Positions 49,769 through 63,620 of a DNA stretch of 64,000 nt are shown here, piece after piece. Positions within the stretch are counted from its first letter, which is position 1. The number at the start of each line of letters is the position of its first letter. The DNA is from the human T2T-CHM13v2.0 reference genome, Homo sapiens: NCBI RefSeq assembly GCF_009914755.1, contig NC_060943.1; one strand, 5' to 3'. Below the pieces are notes generated by a model. That model did no database searches, was not told the origin of the DNA, and saw only the letters and a list, made by a program, of their open reading frames with translations. The translations under genes were made by a program, and so were the position numbers.

Positions 49769-50197
49769 TTGCATTTAACGGGGGAGAGAAAGGGCAGTTG
49801 CTTCTATTATCTGCCCTGTTGGACTCACAGAGTTTCTTTGAAAAGCACAGATGATAATAAATGGAAATATTGCCTTTTATACTATACAATAATATACACA
49901 TGCAATTCACTGGAAAAAGTATACTTGTTACTATGATTTGAGGATACTACCATATACTAATCAAGAGAAACACATGTACAGAACAAAGAAGGCACATGAA
50001 ATTTTTACTAGTGTGTGTTTTCCTTGTGTTCTACCACCCCAGGAGCAGCTTCTGCTACTGAAGATCACAGTAGAGTTATTTCCAAAAGTTGTGGGTCTGC
50101 AGGGTGGACTTATCACATAGCTGTTTGCCAAAATTCAAAAGTCCAGAAACCATTTCCAAATTTTCACCTCTTTTATCTTCAAATCCTAAAACTATGA

Positions 50198-50363
50198 AAA
50201 TTCACAAACTTAGCTCCATACATTATGGTAGAAAGGTTAATAATTTGGACTTTGAGTTTGACCAGGCCTGATTTTTGAATAAATTCACAAACTTACCTCC
50301 ATACATTATGGTAGAAAGGTCAATAATCTGGACTTTGAGGTCGACCAGGCCTGATTTTTGGAT
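50198..50363. repeat. Two-copy 83-bp tandem duplication
   Basis: aaattcacaaactta...ccaggcctgattttt at 50198 and 50281. Confidence 0.92.
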
Positions 50364-50454
50364 CCAGGCTGCAACACTCACTTGCTGTGTTAACGTAACA
50401 AAGTTCCTAGACCATGCTGAGCTTCAGTTTACTTGTTATTGAATTAGGGATATA

Positions 50455-50825
50455 GCGTTCAAAGGAAGAAGTTCTAGTATTTGATTGCACAGCAGAGAAA
50501 TTATAGTTATTGAACTGGGGATATGTAGATAGACATAATAAATTTTAGTATTCAATTATACAATGGAGAAATCATAGGGAACAATAATTTATTATATATT
50601 CTAAAATAGCTAGCAGAGAAAAATTATAATGTTCCCAACACAAAGAAAAGATAAATATTCGAGGTGATGAATATCCAAATTACTCTGATTTGATCATTAC
50701 ACATTGTATACATGTATCAAAAATATCACATGTACCCCAAAACATGTACAACTATGATACATCAATAAAAAACAACAAAAAAACCAAAAGAATAGAAATC
50801 AAAAATAAATACATAAATACATAAA
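50455..50825 (+). mobile_element. L1MA 3' tip inserted in a MIR remnant
   Basis: L1MA-type end (ctgatttgatcattacacattgtatacatgtatcaaaa...) with A-rich tail. MIR-like sequence on both sides. Confidence 0.65.
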
Positions 50826-51804
50826 ATAGGGATAATAATACCTCCCTTGCTTGCTTGCTCCCTTGCTCCATTTGTAAGAAATAAGTGATATAATATAGGT
50901 AAAAATACTTAACCTCATACCTACCACACAGTATAGCACAATAAACGTTATTTATTATAATCTGAGGCCTACCTACATAAGTGACTTTCAAGTATAGAAA
51001 ATTATTTCTCAAATTTTAAATACTCCCTGATTCTCAGGTATGGTAATTAGACCTGGCTTTAGGTAAAGCTCTCATGTCTACACTTGGATTTAATCACTTA
51101 AGTATATTTCCCAGTGCCCCCCCCAAAAAAAATTGCTCCTAGGTGGACACACTAATCAAAGACTTCCTGAGAAATGCAGGAAGAAGTTTTGTCCTCTGAC
51201 CACGCTACACCCTTTCCTTGATGGTAAGCCCCATAATCTAAAGCCATAAGTTTCAATTCCTCACATAAAAAGAAAAAAAATGTCTTTTATGACCACTTCA
51301 GATAACACTGGATATTTCCCTTGTCATTAGGAATGAGAAATGGGAGGAAGGTAAACTTGTAGACAGGAGAATTGGTAGATGCTTGAAAGGATTTCTGAAA
51401 ACTGTGCCTATCCAGGTGTACAAATGTGTTGACCAGCCAAGGCAAAGCAGTCAAACCATACAATACCTTATCCTCAGGAAAATGGACTTTTCTCCCAAAT
51501 TGCCTTTTTCATGAAAAATATAAAATTCTCCAGTTTCAACCTCATGTTAAATTTCACATGTGAAGAAAACAGTCATGCACATCAGAAAATTAAATGGCGA
51601 GTCAAGACCAAATTCCTAGTCACAGTTATGTTCTGTTTCCAGTATTACCTTCTCACTTATTCATTTTGTTAAAGTGGAGCCAAAATAGAAGTGGGTGTCA
51701 CACATCAAGAAAGACTGAAGTCGTACAAAGCCGATCCTTATCCAACGTGCATTAAAATATGCATCAGGCATGTGTGATGCATATAGTAGAAGTGGAACAA
51801 ATCA

Positions 51805-51888
51805 GGCCAGGTGCAGTGGCTCACGCCTGTCAGCCCAGCACTTTGGGAGGCCAAAGCAAGCAAATCGCTTGAGATCAGCAGTTCAAGA
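51805..51888 (+). mobile_element. 3'-truncated, tailless Alu (first about 84 nt)
   Basis: Alu 5' end ggccaggtgcagtggctcacgcctgt...gttcaaga. TSD agaagtg(g/t)aacaaatc at 51788-51803 and 51886-51901. Confidence 0.85.
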
Positions 51889-52343
51889 AGTGTAACAAAT
51901 CCTCTACAATATAAGTAGAGTGAAAAGAGATAGCTACAGTGATGAGGGAAGGCACTATAGTGATGTGGCATTTGAGTATAGCCATAAAAGAGGATAAATA
52001 TTACAATACATGAATATAGGGTCTAAAGAAGTCTTTTCAAGTAGATTGTAAAATATTTCAAAAATGGTAAGTTTGGTGTATGTTGAAGCATACAGATTGT
52101 CTACATCCTAAAAATCATTTTGGTGAATAAAGGAAAATAAGAAAGGTAGTCAATATTCATTTGTTGCCTATCATTAGAAACTTCTCAAAGGTATATGAGA
52201 ATTATTAAATAAATTTAGGAAGCCAGTGAAGGTATGGGTCCCGGGAATTGAGGATGAAGCCAGTAATTAGGGAAGATGCCCTATCTATAAGTGTGATGTA
52301 TCAAATGGAGGAAAAGAAAAACGGAGGGAAGGAGTTCCCTTAA

Positions 52344-52717
<374 letters not shown>

Positions 52718-55700
52718 CACAGTTCCAGCTTTAAGGCTATAGAAACAGAAATAGAAATACTGGTAAGTAAAAACCCAAAGGATTGGTGACTTATCACAGC
52801 TGGAGTGAATACGAAGGAGCATGAACTCAAAGAAAATATCAAGATTTAAGCAAGAATAAATAGGACAATGGTAGGTCCATTTTTAGAAATTAGAAAGTTG
52901 AACATAAAATATGTCAGGGTGGAGAAAATAATCACGTGTATTTTAAGCAAATAAGAGTATTAGATATTGAGATGCTCAGGTGAAAACATATGACAGGATA
53001 TATGGGGGAAAAGTACAAATTCAACATGTAATTGTATAGTAATCCATATAAAAATAATAGACGGATGTGTAAGAGTGCATAAGGTCCCTGAAGGAAATAA
53101 TACACAGGAAAAAAAGATTAAAAAGCAAAGACCCAACTATAGAAACTATCCACATTGATTATGTAAAGTAGGAAAAGGAATCAATAAACTAGACAGAACA
53201 TCACAGAGGTAGGAGGACAAGTGCTGGCCTCAAGGAGCCAACACAGAAGCAGGTATCAAGAATAAAGGAGGAGAAGAGAGAACAAAGAGAGAGAGAAGAG
53301 AACTTCTGTGGCAGAAGATCAAGTGGGATGGTAGAATAAAGGAGAAGAAATACAAGAAAATTGAAATAAAATTTACAGAAATGTTCTACATTGTAAGTGG
53401 GCAGTTTTGACCTGGCACATTGTTGGCACACATTATAAATGTCAAATGTATTAATGAATGAATGAATGGATAATATAATGAATGTGATGGAGTTGTCAAA
53501 AGCTGAATTAATTAAAAGTCCCCACGAGAGGTTAGATGACAAAATTTTCAGAAACTTTCCATGCCACTCTGTTGTGACATCAACAGTGCTGGACCCTTGA
53601 AATCAAACCAAAAGGATTCCACCATGAGAATGAAAAGGGCTGAGAAGGGGAATGCTGGGTGACACAGAAGGTGACAAAGGGCGAAAGGTTTCTAGGCATT
53701 TGATAGACTGATGGACGTCCGCGCTGACCATAAGGCACAGGCCACACAGGAAGGAAAATGAGACCCAACGCGAAGAAAAGTAGGGCTAAACAGTCGGGAA
53801 AATGTGGGAAGAAGGATGAATAGTCATACGATCAACTCAGATTCCTCCCTGACATTCTTCTACAGCTTTATTCTCGTCCTTTGGGAGCCGAGATGTTCAT
53901 TTTCCTACATTCTTAGCTGCCTACACACGGCGACTTTTCTCCACGGTGCCTGATCCCTGCTGCATCCTCCTTCTCTAGTGGCAACAGCAAATGGCCACAC
54001 AGAAGGCAGACATTGCACCCAACTGAGGAGAATGTAATTCACTCATTGCCAGTCACAGACCTTGGCTCACCGATTTACTAAGTATAGATTTTATTTCTAT
54101 CCCTCACCTACCTGTTTTGCCAAGGGAACTAAGAAAAGAGCATCATCAAAAATTCAGATAGGTATAGTTCTCACAAGATGAACCAGATCCAGTACGGCAT
54201 CACTGCAGACATACACACAGAGCTGCATAAAACAGGAAGAGAGCTGCTAATCACAGCCCCAGAGGGTAGTGGCCAAAGTGATGCCTTGGAGATCCGAGAA
54301 TGCCAGACTGAGATCACACGGCCTGGGGAATTACCGCCTATGGTCATTTTGGTTTTCCCGGGATAGCCATGTTAATTGGGTGAAATAAAGCATATTTGAT
54401 TTTCTTATGACAAAAAAGGGCTTTTGCCATTGTCTACAGATGATACTTTAAATCTTTATTTTATGACTAAAGGTGAATTCCAGAGCAACATTAAATGTTG
54501 TCCCTTTAAATTTTTAATCATTTGCATAACGATTACCATAATATTCAATTTAAACATAAAATGTAATTGAAAGTATGAGATTAATATGTGGACATGAAAT
54601 CATATAATGTTCCATGGAAAAAATAGAATGTATAAGGCAAAGAGGTTTAAAGTAACATCAAAACTAACGCTCACTATACAAATTCTATGAAATCCTCATA
54701 ATTACACTGTGAAGCAGGTGTTGTTAGAGCCACATAATCTCAAACAAATTATTTATTATCTAAAATTACATAGATATTAAAAGGTTAGGCCATATATGAA
54801 TTTAGGATTCTCTCAAAAATTTTTTCTCTTTCTCCTACATCAAACTTCCCTAAATTATAGAAAAGTCACAATGTTACCAAACATATTCACAAAACACATA
54901 TAATCTTGAATCCAAATTTCAGTTACAGCAGAAAAAATAAAACTCTAGATCAATCTCAATCGTGTAAATAAATTCAGATTTCCAATCTAAGAGTCTCAAT
55001 TTGACATACTTCTTTCTCTCTCTTCTTTCAAACCAGGAGAAATATAAATATGAGCCACAACCTTACAAAAGCTAGAAAATATTTACAATTCCACACAACA
55101 ACACATGAAGAAAACCTTCTGGACATCAAAAGTTTAAACCAGTCAAGACTGAACACCAAGATAAAGTGCATGCCTCTGAAGAGCTTGAGCTAGTCAAGAA
55201 GCCCAGAAATCCCTAAAAGAGGTGTGTATACTGAGGACTGAGGATCAAAACCTGTGATCTTTACTTGGAACAGAAATATTGCAGCATGTGAACCCTCCAC
55301 AGAGTGACAGAGGGAAAGGAGTTTAAAGGGAAACATGCAAATGTATCACCTTTGGAATAATTAGGACACGTGTGTGGTGTAATGAAAGAAGGCAAAAAGA
55401 TGGGGAAGAAGCCAGACAGATGGCAATTTTCATTCTATTATGAAAAGAAAAGGATAAGTCACAAGTCACATGACGAAATTAACAACTATGAATCCACTCT
55501 AAGCCATAGTCAATCCTATAGCCTAGGAGTCATTCTAACAGATGAGAGTGTTTTGGAGACAAGATTCCAAAACTCGTCTGCCTTCCATCATACTTACTAC
55601 CCCCAGCTCCTCCTCCACAATATCCTTTCACAAGTATCTAGAATATTCAAAGACTAATAATATTATATAATTATTTATAATAATTGTATTACAAAAATAA

Positions 55701-56374
55701 AACTTGATGACCTTTATAAAAATACTAGAAGAAAAAGGGAAAATTACATAAGGTACAGAACATACAAATTATACCATGAAGCAGTAAAAAACAGGATCAA
55801 ATTTTCTATGTTTTTTAAAAATATGCCTTCTCTAAAATGTTTTCTCTCTGAAATGATATTTAGAAGACATAATTGAAAATAAATACAAAATAAAGTGATA
55901 AAAAATAATCTGGCAAAATTCAGGATGTAATGAGTAAAGACAACCATGAAAGAAATGAAGATCAATAAAAGCAGGAAAAAAAGTGGGAAGTGGAGAGAAT
56001 AATGCTGCTAAAAACACAGATAAGAATATAAATGACAGGCTTAAATATATCCTGAGCAAAACGAAATAGAAAACACAAGAAGGTGAAATGTAACATTAAA
56101 GTCAGGTCCAACAAATGAGAAATTAGTGTGAAAGAGCTCACAATATCTGGTTAAAAAATTCAAAGATAAAAGAAAACTTTTCTGAAATGAAGAAAACATT
56201 GAATCTAATGGTTAAAGGGCTTATCTTTATCCAGAAAAAATGTGTTATAGTATGACCACATCAAGGCAGATGCAACTGAATTTACCGGACTTCACAAACA
56301 CAAAATAAACAACCCACAAAAAAAAAAAAAAAAAATAGAGTCCCCATGAGGCTTTAATGAAGACAACTATTAGA

Positions 56375-56514
56375 GGCCAGGCGCAGGGGCTAACACCTAC
56401 AGTCCCAACACTTTGAAAGGCCAAGGCAGGAGAATCACTTGAGCCCAGGAGTTCAAGATAAGACCAGCCTGGGCAACATAGCAAGACCCCATCTCTATCA
56501 GAAAAACTTAAAAA
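56375..56514 (+). mobile_element. Alu left monomer (FLAM_C/AluJ)
   Basis: Left-arm consensus with A-rich end and approximate TSD aaga(c/a)aactat. Confidence 0.8.
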
Positions 56515-57049
56515 AGAAAACTATCCACTAAAAATGAATAGAGATAACATGATACAAGTGAGCATTCTGAAGCCTAATATCAAAATGTTCTGGGGTTTGC
56601 GGTTAAAGAACAGAATGCAAATGTTACAAACCATAACTGTATAAAGACTAATTATATTCATAACAAAAATAAGAAGAGAAAGATAGTAGAAATATATTCT
56701 GGTCCATTCAACTTTCACAGTGGGAGAGAATCAACAAATTATGTTATGGGTGATTAAATATTATTTTAAAAGATAAAGGTCATTATTAGAAAAATTAAAA
56801 ATAACAAAATCAAATAAAGTTGAATGACGAAGGTGGGAGAGGAAAGTGGGTTTAAGGGGTAAAGTGGAACTATATTAAAAGAGTCAATGGAGAGCACCCT
56901 TGGAAATAACACAAAAATTAAAGAACTAAATATAATTTATACAGCACATAACTAAACTATAAATCTTCAAATTAAAAGAAAATAGGTACATACAAAATAT
57001 CACATAGAGAGATATTAATACCATGAAAATATTAAAATAAAAGCATAAA

Positions 57050-57730
57050 ATTAATTCATTTATTTACCCTATTAGTATTTTTTGAACACCTATGTGCCAG
57101 GTATTGTGCTGAATGCCAGTAAGATATAGTTCCTGCATCTTGGAGTTTTCGTGGAGGAGACAGAGATTAATCAAACAATCACACAAATGTAAAATTGCAA
57201 CCATAAAAATTACTCTGAAATACAATGAAAATTACTATAAGAGAGGGATTTGATGTGAGTCAGAGAAGTTTCCCCTAAGAAAGCAACACTGAAGCTGAGA
57301 TCTAAAGGGTAAACAGCAGTTAACTGAGTGGAGAACAAAGGTTTTCCTGCAGGGGGAACAATCTGCTCCCCGAGGCCAGAGTGGGGCCTTGGGAGTTGTG
57401 CCTGAAACCACATTGTGAGGAAGTGAGGGGAAGCATTGTGCAGATAATGCTGAAATAAGTAGTGGAAGATGCTTCCTAAGAGAATGAGAAATCCAAGACT
57501 ACTAAGCAGAAGAATGATTTGACCAGATTTCACATTTGTAAATATCACTATGGTTACAATGTATAGAATGGATTTTAAGGAATTCAAATTGGATACAGGT
57601 GAGTCAATTACAAAGCAACATGCTTGCCAAGGCAAGAAATTTGATTACTTAAACTAGATATGGGAGTTTTGGAAATAAGTAGATAAATTTGTCATATATT
57701 TGAGATAATAAATCACCATGACTTGATGGT
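57050..57730 (-). mobile_element. L2 fragment
   Basis: attcatttattt...ttgaacacctatgtgccaggtattgtgctg is the antisense L2 3' end. Confidence 0.65.
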
Positions 57731-58242
57731 AGACTTAGTTGGAGATGCCCTCACTAGTGCACCATCTAATGCTTCAAGTCTAATAATTATTCAATTCCTC
57801 CAGAGCCACCAATCCAATGGTTCTACCATATTTATGCTGTCATTCACTTTACTGATATCCTTCTTACCTTACCTCTTTTCCCACTTTATATTCCATGATC
57901 AATACCTTGCTCCCTCGTAATGATTGTACTCACTCTTCCAAACAACAATCCTGATAAATCCTACTCTCTGCCTTCTACATCTTGATACCACACAGCTATA
58001 TGTGGCTAGATAAAACAATCACACTGACAATCATCCTATGCTTTCTGAATCCATCACTCTTCTACTTTTTCAGATCTTTTCTTTCTCCCTCATCCTTACC
58101 ATGTAATGAACTCATTTTGCATGTCAAGGGCTAAAAGTTGAATATTTTAAAAGTTCTCATTTTCCCACTACTATATAAACCAACAAATATCTTTAGTCTG
58201 CATTCACAAATAACATAACAAATGAGCTCTTCATATTTCTAT

Positions 58243-61075
58243 CTGTGGTGAATTAAGATGACTAGAAATTTTGTGGCACCATCCTGTTGAAAACGTGGGG
58301 ACATATTCTTTCTCCTTGAACCTGGGTGGGCTCTTTGACTGCTTTGACCAATAAAATACAGTGAAAGTAAAACTTCCAGTTTTGATGTCCAGATGTTAAA
58401 AGCCTTGAAGCTTCCATTTCTACATCTTGGAACCAACGTGTGTGGGGTGCTGAGTCGGTATCGAAGAATTCTGCTTATTCTGCTTGCATTAGTCCATTTT
58501 CATGCTGCTGATAAAGACATATCCAAGACCGGGTAATTTATGAATAAAAAGAGTTTCATGGAATCACAGTTCCATGTGGATGGGGAGGCCTCACAATCAT
58601 GGCAGAAGGTGAAAAGTATGCATTACATGGGAGCAGACAAGAGACAATGAGAGCTGAGTGAAAGGGGAAGCCCCTTGTAAAGTCATCAGCTCTCATGAGA
58701 CTTATTCACGACCATAAGAACAGTATGGGGGAGCCACCCCATCATTCAATTATCTCTCACCAGGTCCCTCCACAACACATGGGAATTATGGGAGCTACAA
58801 TTCAAGATGAGATTTGGGAAAGGACACAGCCAAACCACCTCATTCTGCCTCTGGCACCTCCCAAATCTCATGTCCTCACATTTCAAAACCAATCATGCCT
58901 TCCCAATAGTCCCCAAAAGTCTTAACTCACTTCAGCATTAACTCAAAAGTTGGCAGTCCAAAGTCTCACCTGAGACAGGGCAAGTCTCTTCCACATATAA
59001 ACCTGTAAAATCAAAAGCAATTTAGTTATTTTCTAGATAAGATAGGAGTACAGGCATTGGGTAAATGCAGCCGTTCCAAATGGTAAAATTTACCCAAAAC
59101 AAAGGGACTAAAGGCTCCAAGCAAGTCCGAAATCCAGTGGGACAGTCAAATCTTAAAGCTCCAAAATGATCTCCTTTGACTCTATGTCTCACATCCAGGT
59201 CATACTCATGCAAGTGGTGGGTTCCCATGGTCTCAGGCAGCTCCACCCCTGTGGTTTTGCAGGGGAGAGCCTTCCTCCCGGTTGCTTTCACAGGCTGGCA
59301 TTGTATGCAGCTTTTCCAGGCACACAGTGCAAGCTGTCAGTGGATCTACCATTCCGGGGTCTGGAGGACAGCAGCCCTCTTCTCATAGCTCCACTAGGCA
59401 GTACCCTAGTGGGGACTCTGTGTTGGGGGCTTCAACCCCACATTTCCATTCCCCACTGCCTTAGCAGAGGTTCTCCATGAAGACCTCACCCCTGCAGCAA
59501 ACTTCTGTCTGGAGATCCAGGCATTTCCATACATTCTCTGAAATCTAGGTGGAGGTTCCCATACCTCGATTCTGGACTTCCGTGAATCCACAGGCTCAAC
59601 ACCACATGGAAGCTGCCAAAGCTTGAGGCTTGCACCCTCTGAAGCCATGGCCTGAGCTGTACCTTGACCCCTTTTAGCTGTGGCTGGAGCAGCTGGGACA
59701 CAGAGCACCAAGTCCCTAGGCTGTACACAGGCAAACAGCAGAGGGGCCCTGGGCCCAGCCTATGAAACCATTTTTTCCTCCTAGGCCTCTGGGTGTGTGA
59801 TGGAAGGGGCTGCCACAAAGATCTCTGACATGGCCTGAAGACTTAGCGATTAACATTTGGCTCCTTGTTACTTATGCAAATTTCTGCAGCCAGCTTGAAT
59901 TTCTCCTCAGAAAATGGATTTTTCTTTTCTATCACAGTGTCATGCTACAAATTTTCTGAACGTTTATGCTCTGTTTTCCTGTTAAAACTGAGTGCTTTTA
60001 ACACACCCAAGTCACTCTTGAATGCTTTGCTGCTTAGAAATTTCTTCTGCCAGATACCCTAACTCATCTCCCTCAAGTTCAAAGTTCCACAAATCTCTAG
60101 GGCAGGGACAAAATGCTGCCAGTCTCTCTCGATAGCAAGAGACACCTTTACTGCAGTTCCCAGTGAGTTCCTCATCTCCATCTGAGACCATCTCAGCCTG
60201 GATTTCATTGTCTATATCATTATTTGACATTTTAGTCAAAGCCATTCAACAAGTCTCTAGGAAGTTCCAAACTTTCCCACATTTTCCTGTCGTTTTCTGA
60301 GCCCTCCAAACTGTTTCAACCCCTGCCTGTTACCCAGTTCCAAAGTCGCTTCCACATTTTTGGGTTATCTTTACAACAGCACCCCACTCTACCAGTACCA
60401 ATGTACTGTATTAGTCTGTTTTCATGCTGCTGATAAAGACATACCTGAGACTGAGTGATTTATGAAGAAAAAGACACTTAATGGACTCACATTTCCAGGT
60501 GGATGGGGAGGCCTCACAATCATGGTGGAAGGCAAAAGGCACATCTCTACATGATGGCAGACAAGACAGAATGAGAGCTGAGTGAAAGGGGAACCCCCTT
60601 ATAAAATCATCAGCTCTTGTGAGACTTATTCAAGACCACGAGAACAGTATGGGGGAAATACTCCTGTGATTCAGTTATCTCCCGTTGGATCCCTCCCACA
60701 AGACACGGAAATTATGGGAGCTACAATTCAAGATGAGATTTGGGTGGGGACACAGCCAAACCATATTGCTGCTGAATAGATCATGTAGACAGGCTCTCAA
60801 ACTACACGGAGAGCAAGAGAGGCCCACCTTACCACAACATTTCATCCAATCCACTAATAAAACAGGCACATCACTGAAGCCACCTTCAACTCTCCAGACT
60901 ACCCAGCTGCCAGCTGAATACCACAGATGGCTACAGTTAATACCACATGGAGCAGAATCATGTAGCTAAGCCCTGCTTGCACTAATACAAGTCCACAATT
61001 TTTTTTAAGTTTGTTGTTTTAAGCTGCGAAGTTTTGAGGTGGTTTGTGGTACGTGGAATAAGATGTCACTCTAAT
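58243..61075 (+). mobile_element. MLT1-type MaLR LTR split by the THE1 insertion (58243-58484 and 60769-61075), probably followed by MLT1-internal sequence
   Basis: MLT1-like motifs (ccttgaacctgggtgggctctttgactgctttgaccaata; ttgttgttttaagctgcgaagttttgaggtggtttgt) on both sides of THE1. Confidence 0.6.
58485..60768 (-). mobile_element. Complete THE1B/C-like MaLR: LTR 60407-60768, internal 58843-60406, LTR 58485-58842
   Basis: Two about 360-bp direct repeats (tg(c/t)attagtc...gctgctgataaagacata...ggacacagccaaacca) around about 1.56 kb of internal sequence. 5-bp TSD ctgct at 58480-58484 and 60769-60773. Confidence 0.92.
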
Positions 61076-61607
61076 ATAATATAAACTTAAACTATGTGGC
61101 ATTGGCTTTGGAATCAGACAATGGATAGAAGCCAGAAGGATTTCACAAAGACTGTTAGTGAAAAGTGAACAGACTTCAAGGAAAATGATAGCAAAACCTG
61201 TAAAAGCATTCTGGGAACTGACAGTAAACACTGAATGGTCCTTAAGGAGACTGAAAACTTGAAAGAGCTTAAGAAGTCTACTGGAAAGGGCTTTAAGGAT
61301 AATGAGAAAAAATCATCAGTGGAGGCTGAGGAAAACGCACCAAAGTCGTATTCTGATGGGAGAGTTAGAAAACGCTTGCCTGGAATGATATAAAATATAG
61401 GAAAAATACCGAAAAAGTTTGTGGATCTGGCTGGGGAGATTTTTGGTGTCAACTAAAGAAAAAAATTAAGCTTTTAAGAAATTAAAGTTAGATTTATTTA
61501 GGGGTCTGAGAACAAGAGACTGAGGATTACAGCCTAGGAGAAGTCTTTCAGAGAGGTTCTGTCAGACTGCTCTGGTGAAGGTCTTTAGCCCACAGTTTAT
61601 ATGCAGG

Positions 61608-61978
61608 CTGTACATATACACCATGGAATACTATGCCGCCATTAAAAAATGATATCATGTCTTTTGCTGGAATGTGGATGGACCTTCTATTATCCTTAGC
61701 AAACTAATGCAGGAACAGAAAACCAAATACAGCATACTCTCAGTTATAAGTGGGAGCTAAATGATGAGAACTAATGAACACAAAGAATAAAACAGACCCT
61801 GGGGTCTACTTGAGGGTGGAGGGTGAGAAAAGGAAGAGAAGCAGAAAAGATAACTATTGGGTACTAGGTTTAATACCTGGGTGATGAAATAATCTGTACA
61901 ATAACCCCCTGTGACACCAGTTTACCTATGTAACAAATGCCCCTAAACTTAAAATAAAAGTTAAAAAAAAAGAAAATT
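61608..61978 (+). mobile_element. Older L1PA (about PA13-16) 3' end
   Basis: tacaccatggaatactatg ... ggggtctacttgagggtggaggg ... aaaataaaagttaaaaaaaaa. Confidence 0.78.
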
Positions 61979-62040
61979 AAAATCTCCTTATCATCTACCT
62001 GGTAATATGAAAAACACAAATCTTTCATTCATTCCTTTCA

Positions 62041-62433
<393 letters not shown>

Positions 62434-63109
62434 TTACCACTATTGTGTGTTAATATTGTAGAAGTATTCCTAATTATGATTTCTTTGTATTCCTAATTGT
62501 AATAGCTTTGTATTTGAAAAATTATTGATTCATACTCTATGTTATTATTTTGTATGTGATGACAACAGAATATATTATCATGCTCCTTTTGTGAATCTCA
62601 TTCATAATATAAAGTATAAATTTGTGATTTTGCTTTAATTTGAAATATTAATTTCAAATATGTTATCACAATTTGATACAAACTATTGACAGTAAATCTG
62701 TGGATTAAGTAATGTCTTAGTAGGTATTGGGAAAATTTGAAACTAGTAACATGGAGGACTATTGTCATTGTTTATTTCAAAGCCAGTTAAAATTCTGCAA
62801 AGCAGTGTACATAAAAATAATTTCAAGAAATTTATAAAATACCGAGATTATGGTGTATAAACAACTTTAGATTCTTTGTTTAAGAAATTCTGCCAGTTTG
62901 TAATATATGCTTCATTCAAAGTAGCTAAGGGCTGTACCTGGCCAATAGTAGGCACCTAATATTTGTTGAAAAGGAATACTGAGTAGCTGGGACCTCCTGA
63001 GTAGCTGGGACCACACACATTTAACCTGTATTTATAAAATTACTGTTTAGAGAATAACATTTGATGGAATCATGCTTTTACTTTCTGCTTATGACTCAAT
63101 TGTTTGTAC

Positions 63110-63620
63110 TGACATTAACATCCCAAATCCTTAGCATGGCCTACAAGGCCCTGAGCAATGTGGCACCTGCTGAAGCCTGCTGCCTCATTTAATAACTCTT
63201 TGTCTCTTTCCCAGATCCAGCCACTCTAACATTTTTTAGCTCCTGGACCAAGACAAGCTCTTCCCAGAACCTGACCTTTGTACCTGTTCTTTATTCCTGG
63301 AGTATTTTTCCCCTGACAAATTACTTATCATCTATCATAATTCAGGTTAAATGGCACTAACTCAGGGAAGGCTTCCCTAACTGCCTCCCTTCTCCAACCA
63401 AATTAGGAACAATTATATGGCCACATAGTATCGAATCAAGTTTATAATTTTAAAATAATTGGGAGATTTTGTTGTTTAACACTTGTTTTCACTATAAGAC
63501 TGTAATTACATGCAAGTAAGAACCATGCCTGTTTGTTCACTCCTGCCACAGTCAGAATAGTGCCTGGAATATGCAGTAAGGGCTGAACAAACACTAAATA
63601 AATGAACAAGTGAATAAATG
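63110..63620 (+). mobile_element. L2 3' fragment
   Basis: ccttagcatggcctacaaggccctg ... ctcagggaaggcttccctaac ... agtgcctggaata...aaatgaacaagtgaataaatg. Confidence 0.65.

Noticed and set aside
53500-54400. Mildly CpG-richer non-repeat block as an OR promoter or enhancer
   Set aside because: It is not a CpG island and has no clean O/E plus homeodomain motif pair. This cannot be supported from sequence alone.
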